Below, piece by piece: positions 23,901 to 36,000 of a stretch of DNA of 64,000 bases (position 1 is the first letter of the stretch; each line of letters begins with the position of its first letter). The notes under the pieces are model-generated. The model ran no database searches. It saw only the letters and a list, made by a program, of their open reading frames with translations, and was not told where the DNA came from. Both the position numbers and the translations under genes were made by a program. The DNA lies in assembly GCA_047495785.1 (NCBI GenBank), contig JBLDXI010000015.1, positions 62,001-126,000 of the forward strand, in the 5' to 3' direction. The stretch comes from Lepidodermella squamata. Taxonomy: Eukaryota; Animalia; Gastrotricha.

Positions 23901-26661
23901 TCGAAGAGTGCCTCAGCGACCTCAGCCGCACGCCCATCCCGTCCGATCGCCCGCCATGGGAAATCAGGTCAGCTTTATCATTTTTTTTTACTTGGGTTCA
24001 TAACTAAGTATATCCAATCCATTTTGCTGGTGTGAGGGGAAAAAGCACACAGCACGTCCTGCTCTGGAAGTTGCAGAATCTCAGTTCAAAAATAGACTGA
24101 CTCATTAAGTTGTACGTGAGCGTTGTTTACGTGTCATTTTTATGTGCGCGATGTCGGGGAGCAAGGCTCATTTTTGAACCCGAATATTGGACAACGGACA
24201 ATGTTTGTTGGAAAAAACAGCTGAAAGTGTTCGGTTTTCAAACATGCACATCGATTGGCTAATTTATTATTCGAATACTCAAAAAACGGCAAATGAGCGG
24301 AAATTTCGAGCCTACATAAGGGTTAAGAACCTCTTTGCAGTTTCGTACCAAGACATCTATCTCGCAGCTGATACTAAACCAGAATCGGCTTTTTAATAAA
24401 CTATTTGATTGGTGATTTTATTAATTCATGCCTCATGTAATTTGCAGATATGTGGAGCATTTTGGCGGGCAAGGTTCAATACTGCTGATTTGCCGGCACC
24501 ACTTGGCGGTTGCCGACGGTGTTTCTCTTGTCAATGTCCTACATGCTGTAAGTTTGTCTTTTCAATATTTTTTGCCTGAAAATATACTGAAACTGAAACA
24601 AGAAGCTGGAATGTCATTAGCCAACAAGTTCATTTTTTTATCGTAATTTCAATTTTCGAAATGTTGAACCGGTTTTGGGGTATGCCTAGAAAAAAGCGGT
24701 GTTTCCAGTTGGGAAAATGTTCACTCGAAACTTTCGAAAACATCAGTTTTAATTTTTTTGGCATTTTTCGCCTGGAGTCCTAGATTCCTTAAAGTGCTCT
24801 TCGAAAACGGAAACGGAAACCGGCAAAGAGTCAAAAAATTCAAATGACTTCAGATTTCAATTTTCCGCTGTTACTCCTTAATTGGCTTGAAATTAATGCA
24901 TATGACATATGAAACAAGATTAGCTAAACTGTTTCGAATTTCAATTTTAATCACAAAATTGATAATGTTTAATTTTGGTGTGTTAATGTAGGCTTTTGCG
25001 AAGAACGGCCGTTCGCCGGCGATCGGCCAGTTCGACGACTGGCCGCCGATGCACCACCTGTTCACGGGCTCGACGTACGACTTCAACTGCCTGCGCTCGA
25101 GCCTCGTCGGCCCGATGACGGTGCTGGCGGCGCACGGCGTCGAGCCGCACCCGCTCAACCAGGCCGGCGTCGCCGACCCGCCCGAGGCGGCCGACCTCGA
25201 GCGCTTCGAGCTCATCCTCTCCGACCCCATGAACCTCGACTGCTGCACCGTCATCAAGCAGATCACGCACTCGTCCCTGAACGAGATCTTCCTGTCGCTG
25301 CTGGCCGGCGCCGTCCGCTGCTACCTGCAGCACCACGCCATCGCAAACCCGCCCGACCTCAAAGCCCTGCTGCCGGTCAACCTGACGCGCGCGCCGTACC
25401 CGGACTCGGTGGGCGCGACCGGGCGGCAGGCGGGCGGGGCGAACGCGGGCGCGAACGGCGAGTTCTGCCCGCGCCTCCAGAACCGCTACTCGTTCGCGTT
25501 CTTCAAGCTGCCGGTGTCGACGGAGGGCGCGGTGTCGCGGCTGTGGGCCGTCCGCAAGCGCTACGAGACGTTTTCGAACGCGAGCGACACGGCGTCGATC
25601 GACACGAGCCTGCGCCTCGCCGACTTCGCGACCGCCCCAGCGTCCTACGCCGCCTTCGCCCGGCAACTCTTCGCCTCCGGCTTCTGCCTCGTGTCGAACC
25701 TGGCCGGGTCGCCGTGCCCGCTGTCGATCGGCGGCTGCCACGTCTCGGCCGTCATGTTCTGGATGCCGCCGCCGTCCGGCTGCAACCTGTCTTTCTCGTT
25801 GTTCTCGTACCGCAATGAAGTGCGGCTGGGCGTGATGGCGCGGTCGGCGCTGATGCCGCGGCCGAAGATCCTGACGGCGGAGTTCACGCGGCAGCTGCAG
25901 CAGCTGTACGAGCAGGTGGCGGTGCGCACGCTGTCGATGGAGCTCGACACGCTCTTCCCCGACTTCACGCTGTCGGCGATGACGCAGTCGACGATCCAGG
26001 AGCTCGAGCAGCTGCTCGTGCCCATCCAGACGCAGCTCGTGCACTTGAAGGCCCAGATCGACGCCGGCGACCGCTCGCTCGTCACCCTGCAGCAGATTCG
26101 CCGACTGCAGGACCGGTTTCGGTGTTTGCTCATCAAAATCAAGCAGCAGCAAGCCATCAGGGTAAGAGAAACTAATTCAACCTTTTATTTGAAATCATAC
26201 CTATCTGGGCTTTAAAAACAGAAGACAAGAAAATCCAGTCGAAAATCTTACTGGTATGGTTAACTCGATATTTATTTCAGAATGTCGCAATGCCTTCGTC
26301 GATGGCGAATGGCGACACGTCGATTCCAATGGCGCCGTCCACCCCGACGCCGAAATCAGCCGGCTTGGCAGCTGTTCTTTCGCGGCAACGCCGTAGCAGC
26401 GCGGCCAACATCGGCTCGACGCTGTTCAACTTGCCCCCCGGCAACCCGAACGTGTCGCCGAATCGCTCGCGCCGTTTCCCCGGCGTCATCCGCTCGCAGC
26501 CGCTGCCGCCCCTCGCCCCAAAGTCCAGCGGAAAGGCGAATTCCACCGGGAAAAGTTCCGGCAGCGAGAACTTGTCCGTGTCGTCGGAACCCCGCGTGAC
26601 GTTGACGCGAAGCCGCAGCGGCGGCGCCATTCGGCCGAATGCGACCGAATCGATGGTGTAG
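17909..26661 (+). CDS. Wax ester synthase/diacylglycerol acyltransferase (WS/DGAT)-family protein with long low-complexity N-terminus, hydrophobic segment and C-terminal coiled coil, 8 exons, ~1138 aa
   Basis: Exons 17909-17920, 17996-18324, 19743-20451, 21114-21221, 23360-23967, 24448-24547, 24992-26161, 26281-26661; phase-consistent. Motifs: YQRFRQK, WADDDAFDIAKH, SDRPPWEI, HHLAVADG, SLNEIFLSLLAGAVRCYL, PVNL, LVSNLAGSP, LSFSLFSYRNEVRLGV. Joining of the first four exons to the catalytic core is inferred. Confidence 0.82.
19019..19182. mobile_element. Small degenerate MITE-like inverted repeat
   Basis: tgcccgaaaata (19034-19045) is the reverse complement of tattttcgggca (19156-19167). The left end starts TACCGTA, reminiscent of pogo/Tc1-type TIRs. 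Confidence 0.3.
21521..21886. mobile_element. Foldback/MITE-like element with inverted arms built from ~20-bp tandem GCGGAACCAAATTT units
   Basis: The left arm 21521-21598 (4 units) and right arm 21791-21886 (5 units) are colinear reverse complements around an AT-rich spacer. Lies in WS/DGAT intron 4. Confidence 0.8.
22456..22651. mobile_element. MITE-like imperfect inverted repeat (~45-bp arms)
   Basis: 22456-22501 tatgtgcagtgcttcgattaagctactcgatgaatccttcaagcca versus the reverse complement of 22606-22651, tatgttcactgcttcgatcaaaccacgtgatgaatcgttcaagccc. Confidence 0.65.
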
Positions 26662-28205
26662 TACATGATGGTACATGGTTGGGTCTCAACTCAAGTTTTG
26701 CATCTTCCACTCGCTATTCGGTACATTTTCATTTATATAACAGCTGATTCGTGTTGTACATTGATAGATAGACGGTTACAGTGTCTGTCGCGCACATAAT
26801 TCTATTTTTTTATTCCATTTTTATGATTTGAACGCACCAAAAACTTTGAAGAACGCAGTGCAATGTTCGGCTAACATTATTATGTTATTATTATTGCTAT
26901 ATTATAGGATTGTATTGAATCTGTGAACACTTTCCGAACAAAAACATTCGTTACTACAATTCACGTTTATTTAATCAAAATTTGAGTTTTTATTTTCGAG
27001 GGATCACTTTGATCGCGAATCTGTTCCTGTTATATTATTATTATCGCATCTTTACTCAAAAGCATTCTTATTATGCAGCATTGAAAGTTAATCTCAACTT
27101 TTACCTTTGAATGAATCTATTCATCTGTAACTTTGATTGCTAAATGTGTGCCATTATAATCTCGGACCAGTTTTGTGAAAGCTTGGTTCGCTCTCGAGCT
27201 ATTTTTCTCAGTGAAATGTTATTCACATCGAATGAAGCCGTATAGTCATTGAACAGTAAACACGAAATCTTCAACCGTCAATCTGATTGTCGTTAAATCG
27301 CAGTGATGCTCTTGTTTACCTCATTTTTCATAAGAAAAAGTTATGGTTGTAATCTCATCCGGATGTTCGATCTGTTTATTGTGCTAATGTTCGAACAAAA
27401 ACCATCCAGATATATCTACTATATGTGCGTCGGCGTCTACACATGCTCGACGTGTGCCAGAAAATTATTATAGAAGCGAGACTCGTTGTGTCACCGTTGG
27501 GATCTTATTTTCTCTTTCTACGCTATGATTCCGTTTCGTCTGCTATTCGATATCATTCGTTCAAGAAACAAGCCGAGATTTCTGTTCATTCTTTTTAAAC
27601 AAGTTTATTTAACAGTTATATTTCGAAATCTTATTGCCATCATACGCGCATAGAAGCATAAATAAAACGAAATAAGAAAGTCGCCAATGTTTTTTGCCAT
27701 GGTACATATTACGCAAGACTAGCGGGAAATGTCAAATGATCAGGGAAAGCCATATCAAAATGCATGCTCAATGGCCGCTGAACCCGAACAAGCTTCGCAG
27801 ATTCAAACGCGGATTGATAGGAGCGTAGGTAAAATAGCGATGCTGTTGCCACGCAATCGACTATTGGTTGCTCATCACTTTGACCGAAGACTGAGAACCT
27901 GAAATCTGAACCAGTCACCTTATGCAAGTAGATTTTTGGCAAAACTGTGGCAAAACTGTGTAAGGTATACATGGGTTGAAATTTTACCAATGGTTGCAAG
28001 TTACAAGATGGTCACAGATCTAGTATGATGCTTCTAGAAAGTTATATGATCGCACCATGGTGAAAATTTGGCAATTGGCATGCAAATCACGGGACGATAC
28101 CGGACTTTTTTGCAGAGTCGGCGATCTCTCTGTAGTCTTCCACATTTTCCACATTCTTTACAGACTACGAGATCTACCACCTAGATTTCATGGGAAAAAC
28201 GGCGA

Positions 28206-29985
28206 ATGAGCACATTTGCTGAGGCTCCTGGCAGTTGGGCGCGCGATCCAAAAGTTGACCTCACAGAAGCTATTCGGTTCCGCCAACGCCTTACCCTCAT
28301 TCGTTCAGCTCCTGGCCGATATATCCCTCTGAAGTCTGCATATGGCAAATGTAAAGAGGAGAAGGTTTGTAGTACGTATGCTTTTCAATTTAATTTTAAC
28401 GAAAACCCGACCGTGAAAAAAGCGTGATGTGACTTCTAACGTGTGGACTCGTCAACCATGTCAACAACGATGAAAAAATTGAAAAAAGACAAACAGAAAA
28501 ATGCGCGAAATTAGATGATTAATTTCAATTTAATATAATTCGACCAACATTATTATTTTAATTTATTAGCTAAAAACGTTTATTTGGTTTCTGCAGTATG
28601 GCCATGACAGTAGCGCGATCGCGAAATGTGCCGATATTTTCAAAACCCGCGCCTTTTCTGATTCGGCTGAACCTCGCCTGCGTTGGGAATGTCTTCAGGC
28701 CGCCTCGCTAATGCTTGTGAAAGAACCCCTGTCTCACATTTGCCCAAAGTTGGCGATTTTTTTAGATATATTGTCACTTTTATTGATTGCCATATTCTAG
28801 TACCCTTCTTTTCTTGGTTCGTCCAAAAAATGCTTATCATGCTACTGGTTGGTTATTGCTATTGTTGAGCGCACATTTCAAAGAAACGTTGCACGTTGAG
28901 AGGAGATCATGATTAAATCAGCTGATCAAAGCGATTTAAAGGATCGAAGCGGCCGAGTTAGATTCAGTAAACCAAATCTGCCTTGTCTCCCCTAACAGGG
29001 TACCCAACTTCTTCTCATACCTCTATGAGCTTTCATCTTCGTTGTTTCTCCTAACGACGATCGTGCTGGATTTGGTCGTGTTGAATTGAAGATTAAATTC
29101 GGCTTATGGCTTAGCTATTTTTGCTGCGAGTTGAACGTCTTTTCAAGTGAAATCGGTATCGCCGGCGTATACGAGTTCCGAAGGTCCAATGCTATCAACA
29201 ACAATATTTGAGCGCAGTTGTCTGAGGCTTGTTTCAAGTAGATGATGAAGAGAATAAGTATGTGACAACTGACAATGAGTCACATGAGGAACTGCCCAGA
29301 TAAGTGCAAATAATTCGAAATGAAGCCGAAGGTGAAGTAACAGCAAAAATACAAGAATTAGGGTTGATTTGGAAACAATAAGTTCCAGCATTTCGAGTAG
29401 CTTTCTTTTACCTGTTTCGTCCAAGGCGCTACTCATTATGTCTCAGTATAAATTGGCGTATTCTCCGACGTAGACCTCGATATCTGTTGTCGTTATGCCC
29501 GGAAGGCATGCGCGCTGTGACTGGGAAAGAAACATCTTGACGCGACTTGATTCGTGGTTCGTATTTTCGAAAGTATTTTTCTCTGGTTGATACTAGTTGA
29601 AGATCGAGGAGCGGTCTGCTTCTGAAGTGTGACTGTCATTGCTCAGTTAGTTGTGAGTTTGATGCAAATAGCTGACATAAGCTTGTTTGTTGCTCGTAGA
29701 TAGGGTTATGGCCCCATTGCTAACTTGAACTTGAGAGCTTGTTGCTCCTATGCCAAAGAATGGGGCGATCCTTTGGTTTTGAGCTTATCTTATCAAGATT
29801 GATTTTTTGAGTTAATAATCCAACTTCCGGGGACGAAAAGGCGTTCAATTATATTTTATTATTGACTTATGGCGTGTTTTTTACAGGTCTACAGGCTCAG
29901 ATTTAGCTTAAATGTTAATTTTTCCATGTCTACTGTAGTGTTTTCAGATTTTATTTGGAACAATCTGTTATCTGAGCCGAAGTAA
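28206..29985 (+). CDS. Possible small spliced gene or uORF of unknown function (~131 aa) directly upstream of SMCHD1
   Basis: Phase-consistent model 28206-28364, 28597-28748, 28801-28847, 29948-29985 (MSTFAEAPGSW...KEEK/YGHDSS...CP/NTLLFLVRPKNAYHAT/DFIWNNLLSEPK*). Acceptors are good and one intron is 52 nt, but donors are weak and I recognise no homology. Confidence 0.3.
28960..29585 (-). mobile_element. Degenerate non-LTR retrotransposon reverse transcriptase fragment
   Basis: RT-like blocks in correct order with stops and frameshifts: KILSKI, FLSQSQRACLPGITTTDI, DIMSSALD (cf. D.SSAFD), LETSLRQLR, ELVYAGDTDF (decayed YADD), FNLQFNTTKS, KKLGTLLG. Confidence 0.75.
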
Positions 29986-30002
29986 AACCTACTTCATGCA
30001 TC

Positions 30003-33000
30003 ATGCCAACTATGGCATCTGACAAGTTGCCGCTCCCACAGATGCCTTCTGTAAGTGGAGAAGTTGCTAATGAGGAAATCTCTTTCCGTCCTCATTTTGA
30101 CACGCTTACTCGAAGTGGCCAGTGGGAATACTACAAATCGGAGGGTATCGACGTTGTTCGTAAGTTATTCCCAGCTGCTCAGAAAATTTCAAAGAAAGCA
30201 TTCGTTTCTTCTAGCTTGCGCATTCGCTGATCTCATTGACAATTCGTTGCAAGCAACGGCTGACAAGCAGAAGCGTGAAATCATCGTCGAAATTCATTTA
30301 AATGGCCCGATGCCATTTGTTTACCTGGCCGATAACGGGAAAGGCATGTCGAAAAAAGAGCTAGCCGAGTACCCGGTGTACCGTCTAGGCCGCGAGCGCA
30401 AACAACTGCGCGAGCAACTAAGCAGCGAAAACCGCGCCCCGGTAGGCGTTATCACCCAGCAATCCGATTCTGTCGACGATCACACGCCGCGTTACCTGAC
30501 ATCTCAAATTGGTTATTTCGGCGTCGGAGGCAAGCAGGCAGCGTTTCGACTCGGCAAAGTCATTACGTTGATGACTCGATCTGCTGCGTCAGATTCAGGT
30601 TACAATGTCGGCTGTTTGACGCTGTCGGAAGACGAATTCGAGCGATTAGATGCAGCTGGCGAAGATCCGTACCGAACTATGGTCACGTGGCGACACGCCG
30701 GAGACATGTCTCACCATTCCAACTTCAAAGATTTCGTCGAAACGGAAACTTCTTACGACTCTTTCACACGTGTTTTCATCTCGCAGTTGTCCGCGGACAC
30801 TGTGACTTACCTCACCGAGAATTTCGAGAACTTGGCGAAAACTCTGGCTAGCATTTATCACTACTACTTGCACGGGCCTGATGGCAGGCGGGAGAAGGGC
30901 GGTGTGGGTGAGAGCGGTAGTTCGAGCTCGGTCGCAACCCCTTCCGCCATAAAGTCAACGCCAGTTAATCGAGGCAAGGGAAAAGCAGGGACGGGCGGTA
31001 GTAAAACTGCCAAGCCGTTAAAAGGCCCAGAATACGAATTGACGATGATTTTCCGGCTCGTAACTTCGCAAGGCCGCGTTGAGATTAATTTAGGCGACAT
31101 CGATACCGATTTTCAATCAAAGTGCCAATTGAACGAGATTTCGCGCTTCAACTTCGTCGTCGAAATCCCGGAACAGCCGGAGAAGGCGCACTCCTCGACC
31201 GGGTACAACGGGGCAAGGACTGTTGTTGAAGGGTTCATCCGCTACCACCCGTTCACGTTGACATCAGAAACACTGCCTTTCCGCGATGAAGTGCTGAAAC
31301 TGCTGGAGAAGGAGCAGAAAGAAGCGCAGGCCCAGGCGTTGAGTTCGGTTTCAGACGACACGCTGTCGAGTGTGGCGTCTACCCCGATTCCAACGTCGGG
31401 CAGGCGGGGCGGCGGCGCCAACAAAGACCCGCCGCCGTCGACCGGCCGCGCCTCGTACCTGTCAACGCCGAGTGTGACGAATTCGCTGTGTCTGTCCGCG
31501 AGCGCGAGTCAGGCGGTGCCGAGCGACGCAGACGCGCCCGTGGACCCGGCGCTGTCGAACCAGAACGCGTTGTTGAGTCAGAAGCCGGAGTTCGATTTGT
31601 TCTGGAACGGGCGGTTGGTGCCGAACTCGCGCGTGCCGTTCTCGCTGTGGAAGTGGACGGAGCGCGGGCGGCGGTCGCAGCTGGCGCAGGAGGTGTTCCA
31701 CCGCCTCACCGGCTGTCTGTTCTTCGACTCGTCGTTCGGCGTGACGCAGAACAAACTGACGTTCATCGACACGTCGGCGCTCGCCTCGGACTCGGTCGTC
31801 ATCCGGCCGGTCGTCGACGGCAAGGTCAAGTCGACGCCGGTCGACCAGGAGTTCTTCACGTGGCTGAAGGACTGCAACGCCAAGTACGACAAGTTCGGCT
31901 ACTTCTTCAAGCGGGACCCGAAGCCGGTGGTGCGGGCGGAGCTGAAGGGCGCGGCCCGCAAGCAGTGGGTGGTGTTCCGCGGGGTGCGCATGGGCGAGAT
32001 GGAGCTGAAGGAGCAGTCGTTCGTCAAGTTCCGGTCCACCTTCCAGAAAATGCTGTACGGCCGCGTGAAACGCTTCTTCGTGTGCGCCGACTCGGTGCCG
32101 GACGACGCGCAGGAGGTGGTCGGTTTCGGCGGCGAGGCGGAGCTGGAACTGGTGCCGGACTGGCTGCGGGCGGCGTGTGCGTCGCACCACCACCTGTCGG
32201 CCGGCGCGCCCGTCGTCGTCGTGCCCGTCGGCAGCATCGACTTCAAGAGTGCGACGTACTCGCAGGTGTGCACCGAGATCGAAATGCTCGACAAGCGCTT
32301 TCCCGTCGGCATCAAGGTCGAGTACGCTACCGGCTCATCGTCAGGGTAAGAATTCCAAAGATATTTTAAATGCAGTTCCTTATTGACTTAGGATTCCACT
32401 CAGTAGAGTTGAGAATTTGATGATTGAGATTAAATATTATTTAAAACCTACGCGCTTGAATTATTTAGCATTTGGCAGCATTTGGCCCCACCGAACTACC
32501 ATCATTGGATCAAACTTCTTGAATTTTTCGCTGTATTGCTGTATATGCTGTATTGAGAATAAGGAGGAAGAGATTAAGGAAGAAATAAGCTAGAGCCAAG
32601 GCACAAAACATTGACTTTCATCTCGTCTGTCAACTTCCAAGTACTTTCTATGGTTTTTATTCAACTAATTCTTCGAAAAGTTTAATACGGAACCCTAATT
32701 TTTGTCATTGCCTTTTGAGTCGAGCCTATTGAATTTAGCGATTCAACTTAAGTACGATTTGTGATAATTTTTCAGTCTCCAGTTCACCTGTGAAATTTAC
32801 CTTCTGCTTTCCAACCCTGTTAAAATGGGTTTCAAATTGTTTTCAGTTCTCCCTCGGCTAATAACTCGAATACCATGAATCCAGGGATCTCATTCCAATA
32901 TGATTTTATTGATATATCCAAATGATCGCGTCGACTGGAATTCCCAATGACCAAACGAAACAATATGGTTCGCCGTCCTCCTTTACCGTCCTCCTTTTCC

Positions 33001-36000
33001 GTCCTTCTTTAACTACTGGGTAGTTATCGCATCCCGAAATTGAGAATTTTGACAACTTTTGAAGATAATTTTAAAGCTGTCTTAATTTTTGTGATCTTCG
33101 TAATGACGACGATATTTCGATTCCAGAATCATGCGCAGGTCAGCCGAAAAATCGGATATATAAAAAAATTAAAATCCCACATCATTGGAAATCCTGGGTT
33201 AATGAAGTGATGTGCCCTCTACTCTCAGGGGGCCTTTTGTTTTCAGAGTAGCATTGCTAATTGCCACTATTGTTTTTCAGCTTCAATTGACTGTGATGAC
33301 CTCTGTAACTCAAAGCTTCAACAATTTTCAGCCTTAACTCCACGTATTCATTGTTTGAAGCTAAAAGTGTAACTAGGTTGTAGATATAATAATAATAGGC
33401 GTTGTACGAAGTTTACGAGTAATAACATGTTTGTATGATATGCGTACGCGCAGTTCACGTTTTAGCCTAGAAATGAATGAAAAAATGACATCAGTGCTGG
33501 CAATAATCAATGGAACTGTCTTTTTTGATGCAGGAGTGAAGACGAACGGTTTCGAGACGGCGTGCCGGCGTGCGTGGCGCGCATCGTCGACATGCTGGGC
33601 CAGCCGGTCGCAGGCCGCCTCGCCGGCAACCTGTGTTCCGTCGGCCACAAAGCCCTGCCAGCCGACGTGCTGTCCCTGCGCATGGTCATGGCGGTGAAGA
33701 AGGCGGTGGAGCGGCCGGTGAAGACGGGCGGGCGCGGGGCCGCAGCAGCCGCCGCCACCACGGAGACCGTGTTCGAGGAGAAACACCGCGTCGAGGCCGC
33801 CTACTCGGAGAAGGACGGCGGGTATGTGTTCGCGCCGCACGCGCTCTCGGAGCCGGGCGCGTACCGCGTCATCTTCACGCTGGTGAGCCAGATCGCCGAG
33901 GTGACGGAGCGCCTCGCCACGAAATCGACGCACTCGGTCGCCTTCCGCCTGCGCCCGTCGCTCGCCACCTCGTTCAACGTCGAGCTGCTCGTCGGCCAGT
34001 CGGCGCCGAACGAGACCATCCGCCTCGGCGAACCCGTGCCGTTCCGCGTGAACTTCGTCGACCGGAGCGGCGCCCCGGCCCGCCCGCCCGGCAAGTTCAC
34101 GGTGCACGTCGAGCTGGAGGGCTCGCAGGGGCTGCGCGTCGACTGCTCGGACATCGGCGCGCACATGCCGCTCGACTGCGACGACTGCCACAAGCAGCTC
34201 GAGCTCAGCCAGATCGTCGGCCAAATCACGTTGCGCGACGATACCACCGAAAAGTAAGACATTTTTCTAGTTTGCAACTCTTCGCAGACAACTTTAACAG
34301 CATACTGTGTTAATTTTATGCCGTAAAAGGCTTCAGGCATGAGAGAGAGAAAAATCACCAGTTTTTCTAATTTTTGAATTGGCCAATCATTTTGGATCCG
34401 AGATCCAGAGAAATTTGAATTTGAAGAACGAAATTTCGTGGATTTTCTTTTATTCCTGTACCATTTTGATGGCATTTGAATTTATTTTTCTCATGGCTCA
34501 GTACGTTGCCTCTCATTTTAGAGTATCTCGTCATTTTGCCGTGCATTTCCTTTGGCTGCCTTGCCTACGGCACACATAGTACTGGCACAATTACAAGCAG
34601 CTCATTTTGCTGCCATGTACGCTCATATCAAAGGCAGTTAATTTAACAGCTAATTTCGTTTGGCTCTGCTAAAAATAGCTTACACCTGAGAAAACGCATC
34701 TTGTGTATTAGGAAAAAAAGTAGCTAACATGTTGCACACGCCATCGTCTATAGTTGCCCTTTTGACGCGAAGCTAACAATTATGCAGGCAGCTGTTTTTC
34801 AACTTGGAAACCTGGCTGATTCTCTCAGACACTGGAATTTGTATAGCTATGGAAAATTCATGAAAACAAAATTATAGACTTGCAAACGAGATCGAATGAT
34901 TCAGTTGAAGACAAGTAGCCATAATATAAGGACTCACTAATTCGTTGAGTTGCTAAATTACTCAAAAATAGAAGACTTGAACGAGCTTGCTCCACAATTT
35001 CTACTTGAATTAAGTGAATAATAGGGATAAGGGTTCAATCATGTTCTGGAATTATTGATTTTTGATGAATATTCACAAGTTTACTTCAACACGTCGGTCT
35101 ATTCTCAAGTTGAAAATCGTTCTAGTTAGCTCTGATGTCTTTTTTTAATCGAGTGCTGCTACGAAAACGCTAATCGCCGTTGTGTTTTTGCGAAGTTGTT
35201 TATTCGCATGCTTGCATTCTTTTGTTTCTTGTATGTGTATCTTTTGGTCGCAAGTCATCGCGCGTTGTCATCATGAAAAATGGACAGCTCCGCTTTTGAA
35301 TTGTCGGTGCTTGCCTTTCATTATCAGCTGCGCGGCGACAAAGTTACGCACGCAAATTCCCGACTTTCTCACAGGCTGTGTATGCTTATGCGCAGCTATG
35401 AGTACTGTTAGGCCTTGAAACAGGAAGTTACGTTCAGCTGTTAGAAATTTTCCTCGGGTTGAGCTATCTACGACGACGTTGACATCTGTGAAAATTCTGT
35501 GCATTTTGATCAAAGAGTGCGAAATGAACATGCAACCAATGCATTGTCAAAGAAAATGAAATAGGGAAAAAATTTCGATCACGGTGATCATGTTTCGCGG
35601 TGATTGTTGCAAGAACGCGGTTGCCAAGGTGAATTGAAATGGCAAACTGGAACACGCCGCTGCTTATCCCGCTGTCAAATGCGTGATCGAAAACGTAAAA
35701 GCTAATTCAAAGTTTGCTATTGCCGAGTATTATCCAAAATAAATGAATTGTAATCCTATCAATTCAAGACCTGTCCTATATCGTAATTTTGTGTTGCTCA
35801 TTTTTGCTGCAGATATGTGACGAATAACGTTGAGCTGGTGTTCACGGTGCCCGAGTTCTGCAAAACAGCGGTGCGGAAGCGGCTGGGCGTGACGCCGGGG
35901 CTGATTGCGACGGCGGAGTTGTCGCGCTACGAAATGGAGGTGGAGAACCACTCGAGCGAGAAGTTCACGGTCGAGCTGAAGGACGCGTGGGGCAACCTGA

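Noticed and set aside
24983-26152. Long antisense or alternative-frame ORFs over GC-rich exons (also 8197-9048, 31462-32369, 33373-34475, 40334-41125, 60520-61352)
   Set aside because: Shadow ORFs from strong GC3 bias; Arg/Ala/Gly-rich with no motifs.
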